Shown: positions 26,660 to 40,305 of the stretch, one piece after another
Layout: each line of letters begins with the position of its first letter
Numbering within the stretch: position 1 is the first letter of the stretch
NCBI RefSeq assembly: GCF_004010195.1
Contig: NC_057719.1
Span: forward strand, 37,118,287 to 37,182,286
From: Chiloscyllium plagiosum
Lineage: Eukaryota
Length of the DNA: 64,000 bases
Reading direction: 5' to 3'
Translations under genes and position numbers: made by a program
Notes under the pieces: model-generated
The model's input: only the letters and a program-made list of their open reading frames with translations
Told to the model about the DNA's origin: nothing
Databases searched by the model: none

Positions 26660-26930
26660 GGTGGAACAAATTACTACAGATGTTGGAATCTGTACCAAAA
26701 ACAACAAATGCTGGCGATCACAGTGGGCCAGGCAGCATATGTAGAGAGAGAGCAAGCTAATGTTTCCAGTCTAGATGATTCTTCATCAGAGCTGAATTGG
26801 CGGGGAGGGGACAGCTTTTATTGTTGGGGGATGGGATTGAGTGTAGAGCGCTGGCAGAGGAAGGATGTTGTTAGTTCAGATTAAGTAATCGGAATATGAG
26901 AATGGTAGAACAATGGTGTGTCTACCTGAC
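26660..26930 (-). mobile_element. PLE pLTR fragment with hammerhead motif
   Basis: Minus strand agct-CUGAUGA-agaatcatctagactg-GAAA-CA-UU-agct at 26755-26793, with a 4-bp helix I. Confidence 0.6.
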
Positions 26931-27465
26931 ATACTGGAAAGAAAAGGCTGGAGGCTGGAAGAACACAGTAAGCCAGGAGGCAACAGGAGGTGGAGAAGTC
27001 AACGTTTCGGGTGTAACGCTTCTGCAAGATTGGGGATGGATTTGGAGGGAGCTGCAGATAAAGGGGATGGCGGGGGCAGGGTGGTGAAGTGGGGATAAGT
27101 GAAGACAGGTAGAGGGTACAACCTGGTTGGTCAATAGGAGGAATGAATCCGGTAGATGCAGGGAGGAGTGGAAGGGATGGGGAGGGGCTGGGGAGGGAGG
27201 CTATTCGAAATTGGAGAACTCAATGTTGAGTCCTCCAGGCTATAGGGTGCCTAGGCGGAAGATAAGTTGTTGTTCCTCCAATAGGAGCAGTGGTTTGTTT
27301 CAGCAAAAGAGGAAGCCAAGGATAGTCATGTTGGAAAGGAAGTGTTGGGGGAATTTAAATGGCCGGTGACTGGGAGGTCCGGTTGGCTCTTGCAGACCCG
27401 GCTGTGATGCTCAGTGAGCCTTTCCCGGAGTTTACTTTGGTCTCCCCAGTGTAGAGACAAGCCGA
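26931..27465 (-). mobile_element. Penelope-like element 3' part (GIY-YIG remnant plus pLTR)
   Basis: LYTGETK (YIG half of GIY-YIG) in ORF 27355. Decayed hammerhead gcgttacacccgaaacgttgac at ~26998-27030. Confidence 0.75.
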
Positions 27466-30400
27466 CTGTACCCCAACCCTTCCACCGTTACATTGATGAG
27501 TGTGATCTTCAGCATGTCTGGTTTTCAGTGTAATTAGTCGGAGTTCACAGTCATCAATGTAACAACGATGTAAGTGCAAAGCCCATTCACTCGTGTACAA
27601 AAAATTGTATGGGTGTCACCTACTAAAGTGGGTCCCAATGTTGCATATTTAATATATCTGACACCTGTTTCAGTCTGCCACTCCATACACCTAAAAATTG
27701 TCAGCTTCCAGGGATGATTTGCTGCCCAAATATTGCAATTAAACACAAAACTGTTTTGGCTGTAATGGAAAATACTGCTTCCTCAAGTAAATCCTGCTCG
27801 ACAGCAAACCACTTCCTAACAATATTATTACCAGTGGGAAACCACTGCAATGTTGAAAAATAATTACATGCAGCACATTCACATACATTTTTACCAAATT
27901 ACTCCAACTAAGCAAAATATATGATTAACAGCATGTTTTTTTGCAATACAAAGCATCCTTTGGACCCACAAAATGAATACTTCACTGCACTAAGTACATA
28001 TTTCGAATCTAGTTATAAGCAGAGGATTATCCCTTTCATGGGCATGAACAACTGAATTTCGAGTTTGTGTCTTGCATGTTGCTGCACCCAACAAACAGTT
28101 GTTCAGGCATTTAGTTACCTGATAATTGTGCAACGTCAGCCAGAAACCCACTACTGCGGCCTCAGAATGGTGAAGAAGTGTTTCCTAACACTAAATGTCA
28201 AACTCTGAAGCAAATTCTACAATAGTAGTAAAGTCTCACAGACATTGGCTAGGAGAAGAAATGGATCACTTATATGCTTGGTTTTAAACATTTATATAAA
28301 CACCGTTAAACATTACGTCCTTAATAACCTGCATTTGTGCTGAATCTGCCACAACAGAGGATTGTGTTCTGAGAGATTAAATCAATATAGCCATAATAAA
28401 AGTAATAAATGTGTGAGAATTTACTCACCCAGCTGGCATAATCTATGCAGGCAGATTTTCTTTTAATATTGCAGCAACTGTCAGTAGGATCAAAATAGTA
28501 TCACACACAGCATCCAACAAAATATTCTACTTATTTTGTTCCAGTTTAGAGGTATGATTTTTCTGCTTTGAAAAGTCAAACAATCAAGCAGGATATAGGA
28601 AGTATAAGAAAACATTAACAGGAAGTTAGACAGGAAGTTGAAAAGCAAAAACCTCATTGAGGTAAAAGAAAAGGAAAAGAAACTCTTCAATCCTTCGTTG
28701 GTTTGAGTAACCAGGCATCTGATGATATAGACTTATAATTCAAATCACAGTAATCTTTAGTAAATGGGATTCGCCCACACAACTATTGACTATGATTCAT
28801 GAGTTATGAAAGTGGTTATTAAATATACCATTAGGCAATTTTCATTAATTAATGATAGATTGTGGCATAATTTTCCAAACTTCTTTCTATGTGTGGCAAT
28901 GAGCAATTAACACTCCACTGACAAGATAACTTGCTTCATCACATGGCAATCAGCTCATTAGGAGCTGACAGGCAGAGCAGAGGCAGGTTTTGTGGCTATC
29001 AAAGGCCATGTCACTGGTGTCCTGGCTAGCCATAAGCTGCTGACCAATAAGAGGGTCTGGGTCCAGCTTGCATCAAGGGCTACTTGTTGTTGGATCCAGT
29101 GGAGGAAAGGTAGGGTTTTTTTAAAAACTGCTTGTCTTGGGGGTCCCATGTGGGTAAAAGGGGTTTACCGCATTTAGATGAAAGAGCAATGGGGTTGCTT
29201 CCACACACTCCTGAATTTCAACAAAGATGGTAACCCAGACCAATCCATTCAACAGAAAACCATTTTATCAAATGGTAATGCTTTGAAATGAATGTATGAT
29301 CATACTGGACCTCCATTAATGTATATAAGCTAACTTGCACCAGCATGTCTCATTCACTAGTTTATTGGGTTTTTTTCCCTCTGGGTAGCCACTTTTCTCA
29401 CCTGCAGGGGAGGCAGGTAATGAGTGAGAGGGCAAGTTGAAGTGTATCTGTAGCCACTAATTGACTACTAAAGGGCTTTAATTGACAGCACATTGAGAAA
29501 GTGCCCAATGGACCCTTTTGCTCAGAACTTAATTGGTCAGATAGTGAGAAGGGGGAATATATCTCTTATACAAACTCACCCAATTATTTCCCCTACTTGC
29601 CACCTCACTTGCTGCCAACTGAAAGGGAAAAAATTCCCCAATGATTATATTTCTCAATTTTTGCATTATTATTCCCTACATTTACATTTTCCACTAATTT
29701 TCAAAAAAGAGTGCAACATTTTCAGAGATGCAGATGTCCACATAAGTGATTACATTTCCAAGACAAACAGAAGCAGGGATTCTTTATGTCACCATTTAGA
29801 TGAAAGATACTACTTCAGTCAATTATGTATAAGGGTTCACATCCAACATACATTTATGATTGCTCAGTCCTAGACATCTTCATAATGTCGAAGGTCATTA
29901 CAAATGTGAGCAGCTGTATCTGCGTTGAAGACAAGACCTGCGACCAATCAGACTTTCCACCTTCATCCCTCCACTAAGCGACATTCCAAAGGGCAAAATT
30001 ATTAAAGCTTACATAATACTCTGTGGTATAACCTGTGTTGAAATGCAATATATGGCAGCATATAATAGTTCCCTTAATTCCAATGTGGTGCTTTCAATTA
30101 TCTATTGCAAAATCAGTGGAAAGCAGTAACCGAAATGTTGCCAAAAACCAATTACAAAATTGCAGAGTAATGACTTTAAAACAACTAGTTTGGCATTTTA
30201 AGTATAGTTTCTCCTCTGTGTGAATGCCAGTACCTGTTAGTATCCAAACACAGCATAGAAAAACTTTACAACAATGTTGACAGTAAAACTCTGCCAAGAT
30301 CTAAGGTATAAGGCAATGTTCTGGCTCTTGCTGCGGAGTGAAGTGTAGAGTTAGCAAAATGGTTATACTCTTAGCAAAGACCAAAAAGAATTGTGATCTC

Positions 30401-31540
30401 AGACAACCTTGGATTTGAAACAAAAAACACATTTTTCTGAAAAAAAAAACTCAGCAGACCTGTTAGCATCAATGGACAGCACAAATATTTAAAGATTTCA
30501 CACACATCCTTTTTGTTAGAGGAGGATAACAGACCAAAAAAAAATTGAAAAGGGAAACAAAGAAGGGAAGAAAAATTACACACTCACATCAGAGACAATA
30601 AAGAGATTGATTTGTCTGTAAAAGGTTTAAAAGTTTTTTAAAAAGAGGAGTAGGTTATGTGATTGCTGCACCAGGAAAGAAAGTAATACTGGAAAGGGTT
30701 TAATAAAGCTAGGACATGTGAATAACAGAGGAACAGAAACACAGGATGGTTGGTGAGGTAGTTCTGAACTGGAAAACCCCAACGGATCTAATGTTCTACC
30801 CATTCTTTGCTACTCAAGAACCCTCCCTAACATCTTTTTTCTGCTTCATTGATCATTGCAGTGCTATCTCTTGCTTTAAAATAGAGATTTTGTTCTCAGT
30901 ATGTTCAGTGATGTTTTTCTGAAATACCTCAACCTCATGTTTTACTTGCCACTACCATTCTGGCCCCCGTCTTTATTCCATTTCAGCTTAATGGAAGTTT
31001 GAGAAATAAAGACTTACCTTTCAATTAGGTGATCGGAACCTTCTAGTCTTAACATTGACTTGAATACCTTCAGAGCTTAACTTTAGCTCACATTTCTTTT
31101 CTGGCAGGACATGCTGGATATATGTTGGTATTTTATGGGGGTCAGGGGAAAAGGCTTCTTCAGACAGAAGGGAAGGTCTGCTACTTTAGCTGCAAACATT
31201 GCTAGTAGGACAAACTATACCCTGGGTCACTCAGGCAACTGGGTTATATTCACACATGTCATTTCTTGTGCTTTACTCTATTGTCTCATGTTACCATCTA
31301 TATAGTCAATTAATAAACTCCTAGTTTTCTTTGAAATATGGTGTAAATATGATTGCTGATTGTTATATGGTATTGTACATGCAATTCAGAAACTGCAAGT
31401 TCAAATCCCGCCACAGCAGGTTATGAAATCAACTCAATAAATCTTAAAATAGCCTAATGTCAAGAAAATAACTGTGATATCTGCCAGATTGCCACCACAA
31501 AATAACTAACTTCAGGAGGGTAACCTGCCATCCTAAAGAT

Positions 31541-31646
31541 ATACTCCACAACCACTAGTGCTTCCAAATAAACCTGCTGGACTATAACCTGGTGTTGTGT
31601 AATGTTTAACTTTGTACACCACAGTCCAATACCAGCACCTCCAAAT
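31541..31646 (+). mobile_element. Single-arm copy of the 13569 family, 12-bp TSD
   Basis: TSD catcctaaagat at 31529-31540 and 31647-31658. Body ctagtgcttccaaataaacctgctggactataacctggtgttgtg. Confidence 0.8.
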
Positions 31647-31704
31647 CATCCTAAAGATGGATCTTCATGTGATTTTATTTTGTATTTATTCATGGGATGC
31701 GGGT

Positions 31705-31765
31705 ATTCCTGATGAAGGGCTTTTGCCTGAAATATCGATTTTCCTGTTCCTAGGGTGCTGCCTGT
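31705..31765 (+). mobile_element. Hammerhead-bearing PLE fragment inserted in a SINE/LINE tail
   Basis: attc-CUGAUGA-A-GGGC(UUUU)GCCU-GAAA-UA-UC-gatt at 31705-31740. Confidence 0.65.
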
Positions 31766-32464
31766 CATTGCTGGCTAAGCCAGCATTCATTGTCTATCCA
31801 TAAGGTGATTTGTGCAATAAGATCCCTGAACAGGATGATTAAATATCTACCCTGAGGAACTCTTGCCGAGATATTCTGGAGCTGAAATGACTAACCTCAA
31901 ACTGCGACACCACCTTCCTTTTTGGTAGGTATGATTCCCCCCAACCCGGCTCCCATTGGCCCCTGCTTTACTAGAGCTTCTTGCTGTATACTTTGTCAAA
32001 TGTGGCCTGGATGTTAAGGGCAGTCACTCTCACTTCCCTCTGGAATCCAGCTCTTTTATCCATGTTGGACTAAGGTTGTAATGAGGTCAGGATTTGGGTA
32101 TCCTGGGCGAAACTGGAACTGAACAATGAGGAAAGATTTTAGCCTCCTGTTTTGCACCAAAATGCTGGGCCCTCCATCCTTGAGGATGGAGGAGTTAGTG
32201 GAAGTTCCTCCTTCAGTAATTGTCAGCTACCATTAACAATTGGATGTAGCAGGACTACAGACTTTAGATCTTATCTGTTGGTTGTGCAATCACATGGCTG
32301 TATCTACCCCTTGCTGTTTATGGTGTTTGGCATGAAAGTAGTCCTGTTTTATCATTCCGCAGATTAACACCTCATTTTTCGGTAGTCCTGGTGCTGCTCC
32401 TCGCATGCCCTTCTGCACTGTCCGTTGAATCAGGGTTGATCCCGTTGCTTGATAGCATCTCTTG

Positions 32465-33512
32465 TGGTGGTAAGGCAAAATGCCTGGAGTGGAGGGTGGA
32501 GTGGTGATGGACCTAATGATAGAGTCGCGGAGGGAATGGTCTCTGCAGAATGCTGAAAGATGCGCTGGATCTCCTCCGCTTCCTGCATCTCCACCCTTGT
32601 ACCCCACCTGATCCTCACCTTCCACTCCACCAATCTCCCGATAAAATGAATCATCCTCCGCCATTTCCACTAATTACAATCAGACTCCACCACCAGAGAT
32701 ATTTCCCTCCCTATCCCTTTCAACATTCCGTAAAGACCATTTCCTCCGCTAGTCCCTCATTAAAAACATGTCTCCATCAACCCACCCTCAATTCCCAGCA
32801 CTTTCTCCTGCCACCACAAGAGGTGTAAAACCTGCACCAACGCCTCCCCCCTCACCTCCATCCAATGCCCTAAAGGATCCTTCCACATCCAGCAGAGATT
32901 TTCCTGCACATCCAAATACCTCATCAACTGTGACCATTACTCTCTACATGGTCTAATCTAACGGGGGAGACAGGACACCAACTTGCAAAACTTTTCAGAG
33001 AACTTATCCAGTACACATGCACTAAACAACCCCACCGCCCTGTAGCCGACAACTTCAACTCATCCTCCCACTCCGCCAAGAACATGCAAATCCTGGGCCT
33101 CCTCTACCACCAAATCCTGGCCATCTAACGACTACTAGAAGAGCACGTCACCTTCCACCTTGGGACCCTCCAACTACACAGAATCAATGTCAATTTCACC
33201 AGTTTCATTGCCATTGCCATTTATCCCAGATCCAACCCTCCAATTTGGCACCATCCTCTTGAGCAGTCCTATCTGTCCATCATCCTTCCCACCTATCCAT
33301 TCCACCCTCTGCTCCGACCTATCACCATCATCTCCCACCTTCATCTACCTATCACATTCCCCCAATCCCATTCCCCCTCCCATTTATCTCTCAGCCCCTT
33401 TAGAATCTCCCCCTACAGTCCTGATGAAGAGCTTATGCTTGAAACGTCGTCTCTCCTGCTCCTCAGATGCTCCCTGACTGGCTATGCTTTTCCAGCGCCA
33501 CACTTTTTGACA
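32465..33512 (+). mobile_element. Penelope-like element 3' part with short 5' inversion
   Basis: GIY-YIG remnant TSKYLINC..SLHGLI..GETGHQLAKLFRE at ~32907-33003. 32470-32545 is an inverted homolog of 32690-32830. pLTR with hammerhead at 33417-33452. Confidence 0.8.
33417..33452 (+). ncRNA. Minimal type-I hammerhead ribozyme motif at the PLE 3' end
   Basis: agtc-CUGAUGA-A-GAGC(UUAU)GCUU-GAAA-CG-UC-gtct, with one mismatch in helix I. Confidence 0.7.
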
Positions 33513-35519
33513 CTGAAGGCTACGCATAGTGTACATTCTGTGCCCTTGCCATCCTCAGAGGTTCCTCCTGGTTTTCAACACGGAGCATCACATGGTGGTG
33601 CGTTTGGGGCAGAGCAGTGAGGTACATGACAAATCAGCTGAAGGTTTTCTTGCAAATGCCTGACCTGATGTCATGAGAGTTCATTGGGTCCTTTAATTTT
33701 TCAGCTCTGGACAAGTTACAAGTCATTGTTTGAGTGCGAGCTGCAAAGTTGGCAACTGGGTCAGGAATTTCTTATTCAACAATCTCCAAATAGTTTTTTC
33801 CTGAAAACTCAAGCTTCACTAATAATCAAATATCCAGATACTACCACAAGATCACCAGATTGTTATGGGGCAGAAGGATCCACTCAGCCCATTGTATTCT
33901 CCAGCTGTACAGCGATACTCTTTTGCCTGAACCAGGTGAAAATTTTGTTTGTCCATTAAAGTTGTTAATTTCATGATTTGGTACAATGGATTTGAGTTAT
34001 TGCCTCCTTCTGGTTCTGTGGGTAGGATTCAATGCCCTTCCATCCAGGACAGTTTAGGGTGTTTAATTAAACAGGAAGTTGTTGGATGGAAAGCCTTTCT
34101 GCCTCTGAATCAACTGAAAGTCTTAAATGGGTAATTAATTTCAATTTAGGCCCTTATTTCACTGCTGCTTGACCAGCTGTGACCCAGGGGACTAGCCAGT
34201 AGTGACCTGAAATGCAAACCTAAATTTCAGATTTAGAGGTATAGGTCCCTCTTTCAAAGACATTCATTACCTAAGCAAAGGTCCCAGCATTGTTATTGCT
34301 GATCCCTTCCCTTGCAAACCCATCTTTACTGACCTTTGACAATTTTCAGCCTCTGGTGAGTGCATTGCTGGTATCTACCACTGCTGTCCTGATGGCATTA
34401 TCTGCAAAGCACAGTTGTCAGCCTCTAATTGACGAGGAGATCTTGGGGAGCAGGTCAGGATTTCAGCCTCGGAATTCCCTGAATGTGGGGAAGGCCTGCC
34501 TCTCACTCACCACTGTATTAAGAAAGCCTTCCCCAACGGAGGTGATGAGGGACTCTTGCCAACTGTCGTGCTGAAGGGCAAGACTCCTGCTGTCTGTATG
34601 GAATATGGCCGCAATTCACAAGACTGTCAGTGCCAGCTGGGATAAAAATAAAAACTGAATTTTATTTTTGAGTGCAGACATAATTTTGAATGGATCTAAC
34701 ATTGGCAGACCTGACTAATACATGCGGAAGGAAAAACTCTTAAAAGTGAATAATGACAATGATTGCTGCTGTTGGTGCAAAAGCAAGCCAGGGTTTTTGC
34801 ACAAATAATCGCCTTTATACTTCTGGCAACCATAAAACCAATGCTTGACATTAATTCTAAAATAAAATTCAAAATATAAACAGTCATTTAAAAACATTGT
34901 AATGTGTTGTTTAGTGTTCTCATAAAATGTAGCTTTTTTGTTTCCTTCTGGATGTTGAGCATTTGGGGAAAGATCACTGTTTTCTCAGGGATGGAGTAAT
35001 TGCTTTTCGAAGATTTTAATTATAATTAGAGTACATTAAGTAGAAGCTTAAGGGAAATAATGTGTGACAAACAGATTTCTGACAGACAAGGACAAAAAAC
35101 CAAAAAAAATCCGATTTGGCGTTAAACATCACCAGGAATTCTACCCCAAAGACCATGCAGTAACCTCAGTTATTACTAAATCTCAATTTGTTTAGTTATT
35201 TAATCTTAGTTTTTATTATTAAACTTAGTATTAGAACAAATACTTTATGCTTTATAGAAAGCCTACAGAAAGTGACCAGAGTTAACAGCGCAGCCCTGAA
35301 ACAGCAGACAGTGATGACATTATTTTCTGGTGCTTTCTCTTGTCTACCTTTCTTCTCTACCTTTTCAATATATAATGTCCCCATACAAGACAGTAACCAG
35401 GCAAATCTGTGTTTAAAGCTGTGAGGCAGCGATTCCAACTTAGTAAGCACAGGTAAGTGAGAGGTGGGAAGTTCATAAAGGAACATTGAACATTGAAATG
35501 CAACATGAGTGCTCACATT

Positions 35520-35815
35520 TTAAAATTCATTTACAGGATGAGGGCATCACTGGCTAGGTCAGCATTTGTTGCCCAGAGGGTAGTTCAAAGTGAACCATAT
35601 TGCTGTGGGTCTCGAGTCACACGTAGGCCAGACCAGCTAAGGAGAGCAATTTCCTTCCCTAAAGATCATTAGTGAACCAGATAGGTCTTTCCTCAACAAT
35701 CAATTCATGGTCAGTAGACTCTTAAAGCCAGATCTTTACTGAATTCAAATTCCAGTATGTACCATGGCAGGATTTGAACATTACCTGCATCTCTGGATTG
35801 GCAATAATACCAGCA
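35520..35815 (-). mobile_element. tRNA-derived SINE (non-HE1 family)
   Basis: Reverse complement of the 45649 family, with B box gttcaaatcc at ~35770-35779. Confidence 0.8.
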
Positions 35816-35972
35816 GGTTGGCTCAGCTGATAGCACTCTGGCCTCAGATGGTCATAAGCTCACTTACTAAAGGGCTGAGAAGTCAATGCAGTATTTCGGA
35901 AGTACTGTAATTTCAGAGGCGATGTTTTTCAGATAAATTAAAATCCATTGCAGGATGTTCTTTTGATGACCT

Positions 35973-36034
35973 GCTGCGCTTCTTCAGCAACACATTTCCA
36001 TCTCTGATCTCCAGCATCTGCAGACCTCATTTTC
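35973..36034 (+). mobile_element. Ultra-short 7013-family tail insertion, ~14-bp TSD, inside a decayed Deu-type SINE
   Basis: tcttttgatgacct at 35959-35972 and 36035-36048 (partly microhomology with the element). The body matches 7150-7217. Confidence 0.75.
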
Positions 36035-36799
36035 TCTTTTGATGACCTAGTCAATCCTGCCACCAATGACACTAAAGCCGATTAATCAATAACTTGTTAG
36101 CTGTAAAATTTTTGGAGGAAATAAAGGGAGCTTATAGGTATTTATAAAAATGCAGTTTTTTTTAATGAATCAGCTTTTATGCATATTTATTTCTTATTCT
36201 GCATATTATATGGCATAAAGCTGGATACAACAAAAAATACTTTAACATAGACTATTAAGAAAGGTGACTTTGACAGTTGCTGTGTGCATTGAAACTAAAC
36301 TGAATTATCATTTGCAAGTGAAATGTAGTCAAATAGCCTAAAGAATGTTTCAGATACACTGGTAGTTTATTGTGCACCAGAACTCCTGTTTCCAAGTGAC
36401 AGGGTCAGGATGATAATGCTATTTTGGAGAGTTCAATAGTGTGAAAATGAAATAAATTAGTGAACCGGATGTTTTAAGTTACCATGTGTTATTGGAATGT
36501 AGTTACTGAAAACATTATTGGCAGCCTTCAGACTCATGAAATGATGGTTTGTGGAAGAGTAAGCATTGTTTGGCCAGAACAGGGAACTGACCTTGACTGA
36601 ATGTTGCAAAGTTCAAAGTTCAGGACTACATGCTGAGGAGTGGGCTGAAGATGCTGGCTTGACAGACCTGCTATTTGGTGTTTTCAGTCAAGTTGTTATG
36701 AACAAGTGTTATTAATTCTATAGTCTTACTCAAGTTGTGGACTTGTAGAAAGCACACTGATATTGGAACATATGTCTGATGCACAAAGCAGAAGATCCA

Positions 36800-36898
36800 G
36801 TTTAACATTGCTTTTACTCCACAGCTGCTGCCAGACCTGCTGAGTTTTTCCAGCAATTTCTGTTTTTGTTTCAGGTATCCAGCATCCACAGTTTTTTT
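36800..36898 (+). mobile_element. PLE pLTR tail fragment
   Basis: gctgccagacctgctgagtttttccagcaatttctgtttttg, similar to 2140-2220. Confidence 0.6.
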
Positions 36899-37404
36899 TT
36901 GGTGATTAATTCACTACATCTCTTCCAGGTATGCCCATCTTGAAGAGATTCTGCTCCTCTCACCCAAAGAAGATTCACTGGATTTGAAACAATAATTCTG
37001 CTTTCTCTCCACTGGCGTTGATAAACCAAGTGAGATTTTCCAGCAATTTCTGTTCATGTGTAGAAGACCAGTTGACTAGCTTCAAGTTTCATTGAACCAG
37101 ACTGGGTTTGATTTGCACCATCGACAAATTTGGCTACTGTATTCCATTGTATTGGAAGAACAGGCTTTGTAGAACAACTCATCTTTCACCAACACTTCAA
37201 GCTTATTTGCCTCAGTGAGAATTGGATGTTATTACTATTCCAAAAACTTAACCGCAGTAATTGCTGAGGATTTTCTGTTACTAAACAATAAAAGTCAGTG
37301 GAAACATCTGGACTAATCTTTCCAACCACATTATTGGTAATATAACCAGTATATTGGCGCTCCAGTGTACTTAACATGGAGAAGTATTTAACATGGGAAG
37401 CTAA

Positions 37405-38680
37405 TGGAGAGAAATCCTAGGGATAGGATGTATGTGCATTTGGAAAAGCATGGCCTAATTAGGGAAAGTCAGCATGGCTTTGTGCGGGATTGGTCATGTC
37501 TTACTAACTTGATTGAAGTTTTCGAGGAGGTGACAAGGGTGACCAATGAGGATAAAGAGTGGATGTTGTCCACAAGATTTTAGTAAGGCTTTCAACAAGG
37601 TTCCTCATGGTCAGCTCATCCCGAAGATGCAAAGAATCCACAATGACTTGGCTGCGTGCATTCAGAATTGGCTTGCCCATAGAAGGCACAGAGTAATGGT
37701 AGTGTTTATCTGGCTGGAGGTTTGTGACTCAAGGTGTCCTCAGGGATCTGTACTGGGACCCCTGCTGTTTGTGATATATATAAATCACTTGGATGGAAAT
37801 GTAGATGGGTGGGTTAGTAAGTTTTCAGATGATACAACTCGATGAAGAAGGTTGTCAAAGTATACAGAGGGATATAGTTCAATTGCAGATATGGGCAGAG
37901 AAATGACAGGTGGAGTTTAATGCAGGTAAGTGCGATGAGCTGCACTTTGGGAAATCAAATGCTAAGGAAAAGTATACAGTTAATGGCAGGACCTGAACAG
38001 CATTGGTATACAGAGGGATTTTGGGGTTCAAGTCCTTAGCTGCCTGAAAGTGGCCACTTAAGTAAATAGGGTGGTAAAGAAGGCATATGGCAAGCTTGCC
38101 TTTATCGGTTGGGTAATTGAGTACTATAGTCAGGATGTCATGCATGTTATAAAGACTTTGGTTAGGCTGTACTTAATGTATTGTTTTAAGTTCTGGTCAC
38201 CACATTACCTGGTTTACTAGGATGCTCTCTGGAGTAGAGGGTCTAAGCTATAAGGAGAGGCTAGAAAAATTCAAGTTGATTTCTCTGGAGCGGCAGAGGC
38301 TGAGGGGAGACTTCATAGAAGTCTAAACAATTATGAGATGCATAGATAGGGTTGACGGTTGGAATCTTTTTCTCCAGAGTTGAAATGTCTAATACTACGG
38401 GGCATGCATTTAAGGTGAGAGGGAGAAAGTTTAAAGGAGTTGTGAGGGGCTAGTTTTTTTTTTACAGAGTGATAGGAGTCTGGAACGCACTGTTCAGGGG
38501 TGGTGGAGGCAGATACAATAGGGTTGTTTATGGGACTTTTAGATAAGCACATGGATACACAAGGAATGAATGGAATTGGACCACAGGCAGGCAGAAGGGA
38601 TTGGTTTAATTTGACATCATATTTGGCACAACATAGTGAGTCAAAGGGTCCGTTCCTGTGCTGTACAGTTCTATGTTCTA
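37405..38680 (+). mobile_element. CR1 LINE 3' 1.3 kb, decayed RT
   Basis: DFSKAFNKVPHG, PQGSVLGPLLFVIYIN, SKFSDDT, and tail gttctatgttcta. Confidence 0.92.
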
Positions 38681-39159
38681 AGTAAAACATGGGTTTGACC
38701 CTGTAGTTTCCATAGGGCTGTGTTTTTATTTCAGTCCTGGAGTGGAGGAAAGCCAGTTGAGTGTAAACCTGACTTTTGTATGTAGGCCTGAGGGTTGATA
38801 CGAGGAACAACGAAGCACAAATAAGCATCAAAATCACATCCTTTATGTAAATTAGCCTATCAGCTTAAAAACTCTCAAAAACTGTTGTCAGTTGACAAAA
38901 CAATGGCCACACGTAGCTTCTGTCATTTGATTAACAAGCATGCTCAGTGCAGACAAATTTAGATGAAACACATGTCACTAGGAAAGCCGAGGCAGATTCA
39001 ACAATATAAATGCTTCATGTTGTTGTAACATTCTCAGGGGCAGCCCGTGTTCCTGCTGTCAGCTGTAGGTTTTCTAACAAATGGAACTACAATGGATCAG
39101 GACTGCTGAATGACAGCTGGTTAGAGTCACAGGGCTTGTCGTCCACAGGCTTTGCCTAA

Positions 39160-39495
39160 GCCTTTGGGCACATGGTTCAAATCCCACCACGGCAGTTCGC
39201 GAAATTTAAATTGATTAACGAAGTAAAGAATTGAAAGCTAGTCACAGCAATTGTGACCACGAAACTATTACTGATTGGTGAATCTGATAAGGTTTTTAGA
39301 CAATGTCTTTTCAGGAATGAGATATGCCATATTTACCAGGTCTGGTCAACATGTCACTCAGACTCCAGCTGTATAATTGCCCCTCAACTGCCGTCTGAAA
39401 CGGTCTAGTGAACCACTGGTCCAAGGGCAATTAATGACAGGCATCAAATGCCGGCCTGCCAACGATGCACATATCCCATGAAAGAATTTTTTAAA
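39160..39495 (+). mobile_element. tRNA-derived SINE (non-HE1 family)
   Basis: ggttcaaatcccaccacggcag ... gatgcacatatcccatgaaagaat. Confidence 0.75.
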
Positions 39496-40305
39496 AAATG
39501 CTGAGGAGTCTCCAAACTTGGGACTCGAGGGAGTGGTGGATGCAGACTGACCAAGTATAATAACACCTGCATTTGGTGGTTCCTACATTAATTTCTGTTT
39601 CTTATCTAAAGTATCTAGTAAGTGCTGTTTAAATGTCTGCAGAAGATACGAGTAAGAATGCAAAGTGCTTTCAAGGTGAGAAACACAATACAAAATTGGT
39701 AGAGTTCTTAGCAACAGCAACTAGGGACAAAGGACAAGCATCACTCGAGGTCTCCAGAAAGCGACCAAGTTAAACAAAAATTAAGAATGGCTGTTCACTT
39801 ATGCCAATCTTTAGGGAACCTATTTGAACCAGGCTGGAACCAAAGTTGTTGGTTCATCTATTACACTTTATAGATCATGTTGCAAGGTTGATTGAAGTGC
39901 TCAATCTCTCAAATTAATACATTTAAACTAGACTTTCACTGCAGAAATAGATTATCAGTAAATTGTGTACTTTGCAACTGAGGTACTGTGGATGAAACTT
40001 GATTTTCTGTCTGTGTGGGACCTCAGCAAATCTACATATTCCCACATGCTTGCATTCAGAACTTTTATCCATACTCCTTAAATACAATCCCTCCAGGACT
40101 TTTCTGAAGCCAGCTGCTTTCATGTTGACTTTGTATTTTCACTCAGCTGCACATTGAATGGCCCTGAGCTATTCAAACTCTATTACAAAATGAAGAGTAA
40201 CAAAACTTCCAATTGCAATTTTCATTGCTCATGCAAGATTATGAGCAGAGGAAACTAACGCTCTAAGAAGCTGTTTATGAAACAGATGTGATGTCTTACT
40301 TACCA

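Larger units (their letters stand above)
31845..33690 (-). mobile_element. Decayed LINE (CR1/L2-like) interrupted by a PLE
   Basis: LINE-like sequence at 31845-32460 resumes at 33515-33690 after the PLE insertion. Confidence 0.5.
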
